DNA of 62,207 bases, filler included, from Gonapodya sp. JEL0774 (taxonomy: Eukaryota), in assembly GCA_027604505.1 (NCBI GenBank). It is 10 parts of 10 records of this genome, joined end to end, with 100 filler letters (N's around TTAATTAATTAA, not from the genome) between each part and the next. Parts side by side here need not be neighbours in the genome. Positions count along the whole stretch, not along the records: positions 56,121 to 62,207 come from JADIIX010000630.1; 9 more parts are not named here. One strand, written 5' to 3'. The notes beneath the pieces were generated by a model. The model searched no databases. It saw only the letters and a list, made by a program, of their open reading frames with translations, and had not been told where the DNA came from. This document shows, one piece after another, positions 62,195 through 62,207 of the stretch (position 1 is its first letter; each line of letters begins with the position of its first letter). The position numbers were made by a program, and so were the translations under genes.

Positions 62195-62207
62195 CTAAAT
62201 TGAACGT

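Overview
Eukaryotic (fungal) DNA with many short GT-AG introns. It is not one locus: ten unrelated contigs of 6.1-6.2 kb, sorted by decreasing length (6201 down to 6087 nt), are joined by 100-nt N/TTAATTAATTAA spacers, so neighbourhood across spacers means nothing and several genes are cut at contig ends. An animal-type MARK kinase, an XRRA1-like LRR protein and an unusual ankyrin family suggest a zoosporic early-diverging fungus; it resembles Gonapodya/Monoblepharidomycetes from recall only (unverified). Recognisable genes: Nudix hydrolase, MARK/PAR-1 kinase, XRRA1-like LRR protein, tRNA-Trp(CCA), SERHL-like alpha/beta hydrolase, RRM-like protein, PEP7/rabenosyn-5, F-box protein, two tandem membrane-anchored RlpA/DPBB expansin-like genes, RAD16, ZIP transporter, TFIP11/Ntr1, ankyrin-coil-SH3 protein, PdxH-like oxidase, type-B carboxylesterase, LCD/Egt2-like PLP lyase, IFRD, HRI1, an intronless bacterial-type FAD oxidoreductase, phospholipase D, a decayed Rid gene and a GPR1/FUN34/YaaH transporter. 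The most notable observations are: (1) a polyproline stalk built from symmetric proline-only micro-exons; (2) a sharply bounded CpG-depleted domain beside the tRNA, covering a hydrolase whose catalytic Ser is now Leu; (3) an insertion-split ankyrin family seen on two independent contigs; (4) horizontal-transfer candidates; (5) an in-frame ankyrin-like extension behind a UGA-C stop. All homology calls come from manual motif recognition and splicing by eye; no searches were run.
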